This document shows, piece by piece, positions 27,486-36,400 of a stretch of DNA of 64,000 bases (within the stretch, counting starts at the first letter, position 1; each line of letters opens with the position of its first letter). This stretch comes from a virus, in IMG/VR virus record IMGVR_UViG_3300036773_000096, positions 32,001 through 96,000 of that record; one strand, given 5' to 3'. Both the position numbers and the translations under genes were made by a program. The notes below the pieces were generated by a model. The model saw nothing but the letters and a program-made list of their open reading frames with translations. It ran no database searches and was not told the DNA's origin.

Positions 27486-30400
27486 CTAGCCCACCGTGGC
27501 GGTCGCCCGGCCCTGCAATGCACCCGTGCCGCACGACGGGCACGGCGCCGTGCCGACCATCCCGTAGGCGGGGATCATGATGTCGTTGCCGCACTCCGGG
27601 CACGGGGCAACCTTTACGAGCATCCCGGATGCGTCCATGACGTAGCGGTAGCCCTCGATGACGGTGTCCTCGTAGGACTCCACATCTTCCGGCCCGTCGG
27701 TGTCGGGGCCGTCAGCGTCGGTGTCCGACGGTTTGGGGCCCTGCTGCGCGCGCAGCTTGAACTCGACACCCAGCCGAGCGGCGCGCAGCATCGTCAATTC
27801 ATCGACCAGCGACCCGGCCGTCTTCTCCTCGACCACGAGGTGACGCTTCCACACCGCGTCGATTTTCGCCCGCTCCGCGTCCGCCTCGGCCTGTCGCGCG
27901 GCCTCTTTCGCCTTGCGGATCCGCTCGCGCTCCTCATAGGGCTTGGAGTAGTCCGGGGCCTCGTAGCCGCCGCTGTAGCCGGGCTGAATGCGACGGTTGA
28001 TCGCCCAGTGCCCCTCGGCCCACGGGAAGTCCAGCGCCGCGAGGTCGTCGAGCAGGGCGTGAACGTTGTCGATGGCCCCGCGCGCATCATCGGGTCGGGG
28101 GATCAGCTCCCCGTCCGACGTCATGAACACTTCCAACTTGTTCCCGCTGCCCAGGGCGGCCAGAGTGCCATCCGGGGACGCGGCGGCATCCGGGGACGCG
28201 GCGGGGATGGAGAACCGCTTCAGGCGGTCCTTTTCCGGCCCGGCGCTGCCCCGGCCCATGAGGGCGACCTTCGCGCTTGCCTTCGTCCGTGCCGTGGCTA
28301 GACCCTTAGTCGCCTCATCCTGCTGCGGGCCGGCGTCGCCTTTCATGCCGGCGGCCTCCATGGCGGCCTGCAACCGTGCTGACTCGGCCGTGGCTTCCTT
28401 CAGCGCGGCGGCGTGAGCGAACGGCACCCCGATGCGGGCCTTCATCGTCGCGGCTTCGCTGCGCAGCGACGCGGCCCGGTCAACCTGAAGGTCGCGGCGG
28501 AACTCCAGGTTGTTCAGCGAGTTCGCCAGGGTGGTGTTGATGCCCGCGCCGAGCTTCTCGACGTCGCTGGGGCTGATGTGCACGATGTTGCCGGGCAGGC
28601 CCTCCCAGGACAGTGTCATCCCAAAGCGCTTCGTGCCGAGCTTGTCGTAGTGGACCTCCGGCTGACCCAGCAGCACGTGACCGCCGATGGTGCCCAGCGG
28701 CTTGGGCTTCGACCCGGCGTAGCCGTAGCGGCGTTCCCGGATCTGATCCTGCATCGCCGACTTCAGCAGGGTCGCCCCGTCGGCGCGGGTCCGGGCGGTG
28801 ATGCCGGCGACGTTGATGGAGTACTTGTCACCGCTGATGTCGGTGCGCTTGGCGATCGCCGCGTTGTAGGCGGCGGCGTCGGCGTCGGCCTGCTCCGCGT
28901 TGGCCCCGTAGGAGACCACGTCGCGCCGTAGGTTGGTTTGGGTACGGGCGTGCTGGCGCTCCAGGCGGGTGAGCTTGCCGACCGTGACGTCGACTTTCGC
29001 CTTGTCCATGAGTAGCGGGTTGCCGGTGGCCAGGGCCTTGACTTCGGCGTAGGACAGGGCGGTGTCGCCGACGTCTTCGATCTCTCGGACGTCGCCCATC
29101 TTGCCGCGCATGATCTGGTCGATGAACTTCTTTTTGCGCTCCAGGGTCTGCCACATATAGGCGTCGAAGCTGCCCTCGGTGACGTAGCGGAAGATCGCGA
29201 CCTCTTTGTTGGTGTTGCCCTGGCGCATGATTCGGCCGTCGCGCTGCTCCACATCGCTGGGGCGCCACGGGGCGTCGAGGTGGTGCAGCGCGACCGCGCG
29301 GCGCTGCACGTTGGTGCCGACACCCATTTTTTCCGTCGACCCCACCAGCACGGAGACCTGACCGTTGCGGGCGGCGGCGAACAGCTCCGCTTTCTCCCGG
29401 TCGTTTTTGGCCTCGTGCATGAACCGGATCGACTTCGGGTCCATGCCACGGGCGGCCAGCTCGTCACGCAGCTTCTGGTAGGCGTTCATGCCGGCACCGC
29501 CGGGTGTGCCCATGTCGCAGAACACGATCTGCATGCCGCCCGGCGGCGGGTCGTCGCCACCAGCGGGGTCGTTGATGTCTTTCGGGACGGGCCGGTCTTT
29601 GTTCGCATCCCAGATCTTGTAGATGTTGTCGGCCGCCTCTTCGATCTTGCCCGGCTGGTGCTTCTCTCCCACCAGCGCCATGCTCAGGGCGGCCTTGCGA
29701 CCATCACCGGAGATCTTGAGCATGTTGTCGTCTTCGGGCTTGACCTTGCCGTTGCGGACATCCTCGGCGCGCTGGCCCAACTCCTGGACGTAAGCCGACA
29801 ACTCCGGCGACGCCGGCACGATGACGTTCTGCACCCCACCTGTGGCCAGGTCCGGGGTCTTCAGGTTCAGGTCATCGGCCATCTTCACATCAGCGAACAG
29901 GTGGAACAATCGCAGCAACTCAGGAACGTTGCGGAACTTCGCGAAGCGCGTGGTCTGGCGGAACCCCGTACCCTCAGGCTTGAGTTCCATCTCATCAACG
30001 GTCTTGCCGAACGTCGCCGCCCACTGGTCGAATGAGTGAATACCGGCCTCGCGCAACGTCTCAGGGTCGAGGAACCGTTGCATGATGTATGCCTGGGTGA
30101 CCGTGTTGCGGATCGGGGTGCCCGTGGCGAACGTTCCCACCCGGCCCGACTTATTGTTCGCCCGCAGGTGCTCCATTTTCATGTGCAGGTCCGACGCCAT
30201 GTCCGATCCGGTCGCCCCCGCGCCCTGGATGTTGGAGATGGTGCGCAGGTTGGAGTACATATGCGCCTCGTCGACACACAGGTAGTCGATGCCGGTCTCC
30301 TCCCAGCTCACCCCGGCATCCTTAACCTTGTCCAGCTTCGCCTTCAGGGCCTCCTCAGCCTTGATCAGCGAGTTCTCCATTTTCTTAACGGTCTTCTCTT

Positions 30401-33400
30401 TAGCGGAGTCCCCCGCCGCCGACGCCTGCGCAGACGCGAGCTGCGCTTTCATCGTCGCCATTTCCCGGTCAATGTAAGCCTGCATCGCCGGGCGAGACAT
30501 CGGGATGGCTTCCATGGCCTTTTGAGTGAGGATAATGGCATCCCACTCACCCGTGGCCGCACGCGCGACGAACTCCCGGCGCTTATCCCCAGCCAGATCA
30601 TCGGTACCGGCGGCCAGGACCTTAGCGTTGGGGTAGATCTGGAGGTATTCGCGGGAGAACTGCTCCAGCATGTGATTGGGAATGACAATGGCGGGCTTGT
30701 TCGCCAGGCCCAGTCGCTTCAGCTCAGCGGTGCCCATCGCCATCTCAGCGGTCTTGCCGGCGCCGACGACGTGAGCGAGCAACGCGCACGGCTCGGACAC
30801 CATGCGGTTGACCGCCCCCACCTGATGATCGAAGGGGTCGAAGCTGTCGGCCATGCCGGGGAACACCCGTGGCATGTCGTCATAGGAGCGCAACCGGATC
30901 GCGTTGAACTGGTTGTTGTAGGCGGCCAGCAGGCGCCGGGTGCGATCGGAGTCCTCCCACAGCCACTCGGAGAACCGATCCGACAACTCCTCGGCCTTGG
31001 CCTGGGCGGCAGTGGTCGCCTCCAGGTTCGGGTAGGACTTCGACTTGCCGTCGGCGTCTTTGATGGTGTCGCGGACCTGGATGGACCGCTGCTCCAGCAG
31101 GGACTGAATGATCTCCCCGGCGGAGAGCCGGTCAGTGCCCCACTCCTCAGTGGCCTTAGTGCCCCACTGGCCGCCTTCCACGGTCCAAATGCCGCCACCT
31201 GACGTAGAGACCTTGATGGAGTGGTACGGGTCATCGCCGTCGGAAAGCAGCTCCACCATGAACGCGCGGACGTCGTCAGCGGGGATCCACGCGGCCCCCA
31301 GGCGCCCGTCGACCTCGTCGACACCCAGGTCCGGGGGGATCACCGCTTCCAGCGCGGTGACGTTCTTAGCGAAGCGGTCATCACGCTTGGCGGCCTCACG
31401 GGCGGCGGCGAGCTTGCGGCGCACGTTGCCGGACAGGTACGCGGCGGCCGGCTCCAGGGAACCTTCGGAGCGAACCGCCTCACCGACGGAGTCCAGCGCG
31501 GAAGTGTCCGGGGCGTCGTCGAGGTTCAGCCCCGCTGAGATCCCGCCGAAACGCCCGCCGTCGCTGGCGATCCCGGATGCCTCTTCGATGTGGGCGCGGA
31601 ACGCGGCGTCGGCGTCGGCCGCTGACAGTGGTGGCTGCTCGAAAACCAGATCACCCAGGCGCTCGCGTGCGCCGGCCTCATCGGTGTCCAGCATGGTGGC
31701 GATCGCGGGGAGGTTCACCCGGCCGTAGGTGTCCATGGACAGCGCGACGGCGTCCTCGGGACTGTCAGCGTGGGTGGGGATCTCCCGTGGGGTGCTGGCC
31801 CGTTTGCGGAAGATGCTGGTCTTGGATTCGGTGCCGGTCTCGGCGTCGTAGGCGCCCAGGGCGCGCACGATCGCCGACATGGGGTCTTTGCGGAACAGGT
31901 TGCGCGCCGGGTCGGGCTTGCGCGCCCCCGATTTGGTCAGCGTGTAGTGGTTGACCGGCCCGTACTTTTTGGTGAACGCGTCGTAGCGGTCATTGAGCTG
32001 CTTGCGTAGTGCTTTGATGTCCGGGGAGTCCGACACCGACGCCGCTTCAGCGGCCAGCAGAGACCGCAGGGTGTCACGGAGGCCGATCAGCCCACGCACC
32101 GCCTCAGCGTGCTTGGCGGGCACGTCCAGTGCCACGGCGGTGCCCTGTTCGGCCTGGGTGAACGTGCCGTCTTCGTGGGCGGCGATGTGGCCTTCGTGGC
32201 GGTCATCATCCGGGGTGGTGAACGCCGTGAGGCCTTCCATGCGGGGTGACGCGGTGATCCCGTCGGCTTTCGCCGCTGCCACGATCCGGTCCAGCGCGGC
32301 CGGCAGGTCGGCCATCGTCTTGTCACCCTTGACGATCAGTGACCCGGTGCCGTACTGGCCCTTCTCTGCGGTGACCTCACCCAACATTTGCTCGGGATGG
32401 GCAGTGAAGTAGTCGTTGATGGTGATCGTGTGGCCGTTGATGTCCTGATCGTGAGAGTTCACCCAGTCCTGCGACGTCAAAGGCGCCGCGTCGGGCTCCC
32501 GGCGTCGGAAGATCAGGGCGTCTTCGATGACGTCGGTGCCGGAGATCCGGGAGTGCCCCCCGGTGGGTAGGCGCACGGCGCCGACCAGGTCACCCAGCTC
32601 GGCCAGCTTCTTACGCGCGGCGGAGTCTTTCGAGTCCAGGGTGTAGCGCGACGTGAGCAGCGTGACCAGCCCGCCGGGCTTGGTCTGAGCCAGGGCCTTG
32701 GCGATGAAGTGGTTGTGGATCGACATTTTGCGGCCGGGGTTGTGCACCCGGTCGGTCAGGGCGAAGTCACCGAAGGGGACGTTGCCGATCGCAGCGTCGA
32801 ACGAGCCGGCCGGTAGCCGGGTGGCCGCGTAGGACTCGTTTCTTATCGTCGCGTGCGGGTAGAGGGCACGAGAGATCGCAGCTGTCGTCGAGTCCAACTC
32901 GACTCCGACCATGTCGGCGTGCTCGGGTGCGAATCCGATGAACGTTCCGGATCCGGAGCCGGGTTCGAGGACGCGACCACCGTCGAACCCCAGATCTCCC
33001 ATTGCCTTCCACAGCGATTGCACCACGCGGGGGTCGGTGTAGTGGGCGTTGAGGGTATTGCGGCGAGCCTCTGCCCATTCAGAGTCCGACAGCAGTCCAC
33101 GCAGCTCCTCTCGTTGTTTCGCGTACTCGGGTTTGTTGTCGTCGAAGACTTCCGGCAGGCCACCCCAGCCGGCCCAACGCGCGAGCGTGGCCTGCTCTTC
33201 GGGGGTGGCGGCGCGGCGTTCGTCTTGCAACTGGCGCAGGGTGCGCAGCGCCGCGAGGTTCGCTTCGAGCTTCGACTTCTTACCGGCCGGGGCGAAGTCG
33301 TCCAGGCCGGTGGGGTGAAAGGACTCCCCGGTGTCGGGGATCGCATCGACCTGCCCGACGTCGGCGCTGGGCTGATCAGTTTCGGTTACGTCAGGTGCGC

Positions 33401-36400
33401 TGGGCGCTCCGGCAGTGTCGGCATCGCCGCCTTCGCGCTGTCCCGGTGCTGCTGCCTCAGTTCCTCCTGGGCTGCCTGGAAGTCCGCCAGTGCTTGAGTC
33501 AGCGCCTGATCCGTCGGATCCTCCGTCGGCACCATCGACGGGTCCGGTGTCGCCGGCAGTGGCAGCGCGTTGTCCGGGGCGTTCGGGGGCGGCGGGCTCA
33601 TCAGGAACTCCCGCATCACCTTCTCCGTCGCCGCTTGCTGCGCGGCGTTCAGGCGCCCCAGCTTCTCTGGGTAGCTCTCCCCCTCCGGATCCGGCCCCGC
33701 CAGTTGGTCGGCTGTCTGCTGTATCTGCTGGCGCGCTTGCTCGGCCAGGTCGTCGAAGAACGTCTGCTTGTCCTTGATCCCCGCGTACGCCTGCGGCTGG
33801 TACGTCCGGTACCACGCTTCGGCTTGCCTCGCCAGAACTCCCACGATCATCACCCTCTCTCTGGGGCGATTGTGCACCCTTGGCGCGGTCGCGTTGTCCC
33901 GTGACGATTCCCCGCGCTTTATCCCACAGGCGCTGGCGCTCCGGATTCAGCTCTTGAGCCTGATCGAGGTGAGCGAATGCGCCCTCGAAATCGCCACCAT
34001 CGGCGGCGGCGCGAGCTTCCCGCATGTGCTCCTGAGCGCGGGTAACGCGGTTGCCGTCGGCGGCTAGTCGGGCGTCGCGCTCATCGCGGCGAACCTGCTG
34101 CGAGTGCGGCGCGGGTTCAGTGGACGGCGCGGCGGTGCTCGGAACCGGACCCTTGCGGGGTGCGTCCACCGCGCCGCGCTTGCCATCCTCCGGCGCGCCC
34201 TTGCGGCGGCGCAACTCCGCGTCCACTGACCCGATCAGCGACTTGATGCGGTCGCGGTCCAGGCGCTTCGCGAGCCGACGGGCTTTCGCGCCCTCGTTGC
34301 GCTTCACTCGGCGCTGCTCACGCAACGCCCCGGCTGCGGTAAACAGCATGCCGGCCTTGAGCTTCCCGGACGCGATGGCGGTATGGATGTCCCCGTCGCC
34401 GATGGCGGTGCGGATGTCGTCGAAGGCCGTGGAGTCCCCGTGGCGGCGCAGCATCTTCGCGAAGCGTTCAGCGGCGGCAGCGACCGCAGCGTCATCACGC
34501 GGAGTCGCGTTCAGAGCATCGCCCAGATCCTCAGCGGCACCCGCGACACCGGGACGGACCTTCGGGCCGGTATCTTCCGGGCCGGCCGGGGCGTCCGTCG
34601 CCGACACGGAAGACGCCCCGGCTTCCGCCTTCCGGGTCGCTGCCTCCCGCTTGCGTTCGGTGTCGCGACGGTGCAGTTCGTCCTGAAGCGCGAGTTCGTC
34701 AGTGAGGTCTTTGCGGGTTTCGGTCAGCTGCGGGTCGGTCTGGTCAGCCAGACCAGCCTCACCGGTCTCCAGCAGTGCCGCCACCCGCTCCTGGCGGTCG
34801 GCGACCTCCTGAGTGACCTCCTCCTGCCCGTCGGGGCCGTCCGACAGACCCAGGGCCTCGCCCCGGATGCGGTGGGCGGAGTCGGCGACCTCCGGCGGCA
34901 CGGGCACGGTGCCGTCCGGGGTGCCGGCGGGCACTTCCCCGCCAGTGGACTCCGGTGCCTTCGGGTGCTCACCCAGCGGCAGCGTGGCGAAATCGTGGCG
35001 ACCGATGCCGGCGGCGTCGCGGCGCTCGTAGTCGTCGGCGCGGTCTCGCATCCGCTTGGCTTCACCGTCAGACGCGCCACCGCCCGTCTTGTCGGCGCGC
35101 TTGCGCAGTTCGTCGGGAGTGATGCGGCGCCGGATCTCCTCCGTGCGGACACTGTCGGCCATGTTGGCGCCGTGCCCACCACGTCGGGTGGCTTCCCGCT
35201 TGACCGACGCAAGCTCAGTGTCGTCGAGCTGGCGCAGCGCGGCGTCCCGGTAGGCGGGGTGACTGCGCTTCTGGATTGCCGAGTAGTCGATCTGGCCCGG
35301 CGCGGGGCGCAGTGGGTCCGGCTTGACCTTCGGCCCTCCGGTGTCCTCCGGTGCGGTCGCCGGAGGCTGGTCACCGGGGGTGTCGGGGTTCTCGTCGGCG
35401 TGCAGCGCGCCCCGGACGTGGCGGGTGTACTCGGCCAGGTTCTCGTGCAGCAACTGGCGCTGCGGGGAACCCGCGCGGGGCTTGCCACCCACCTGGACCT
35501 TCGAGTTGTCGGCCTTCAGCGCCGCGACGATGCGCTGAAGGCCGTCCAGGGTGGCGTGCAAGGTAGCCGAGTCAGGTGCCTCGGCCATCTGGTTCTTAAC
35601 CCGGATCAGTTCAGCGGCCAGCTTCTCCGGCGTTTTCGCCGACGGGGAGTCCAAACTGCCACGGGCGATGGTCGCCGCGTGGGCGAGCGCCGGGTCGCTC
35701 TGGTCGCGGGCGAGCGTCGCCAGCGCGGCGGACAGATGCGGGGCACTGACATGCCCAGACAGTTGGGCGAGCAAAGCGGAATCATCGGGGGCGGCCGGAG
35801 TGACCAGTGGGTGCGCGTCGACTTCGGGGGCCGGTGTCGATTCGGCGACGGTCGCGGCGGCGCGGCGGCGCGACTCGTCACCGAAGCGGGTAGCGGCGAG
35901 CTTCGAGTCGGAGTACTCCAGGGAGTTCTTAGGCAGGTTGTTGCGCCGCGCCGTCATGTGCCGCTCGTGCGCGGCGGCGGACTCCGCCGCGAGCTGCGCG
36001 TCGGTCAGCTTCTCGGGGGCGTTGTGGTTCCCGGTGGGCTTGTATTCGTGCTCGGGCGCGGCCTGGGGCTTGTTCGGGTCGACAGCCGGGGTACCGGCGG
36101 ACACCAGTGGCAGGGCAGAGCGGTTCTTAACCCCGCGTGTTTGGGTGCCGCCACCCGTGCCGTCGTCGTAGGTGATCAGTGTTTGCCCGGTGCGGCCCGG
36201 CTTGGCCTGGGTGACTTTGCCGCCATCGTGGCGCGACAGCATGACGTGGTCACCCGCGCGGACCTCACTGGCTTTCACCGTGGGGTAGCTGCCGGGCTTG
36301 ATGCCGTAGGTGTTGACCAGCACCGGGGTGCCGTACTTGCGGTCATCAGCAGGCGCGGCCGGCGCTTCCGGAGTGGCTGGCGGCGTCTTTGGCAGGTCGT

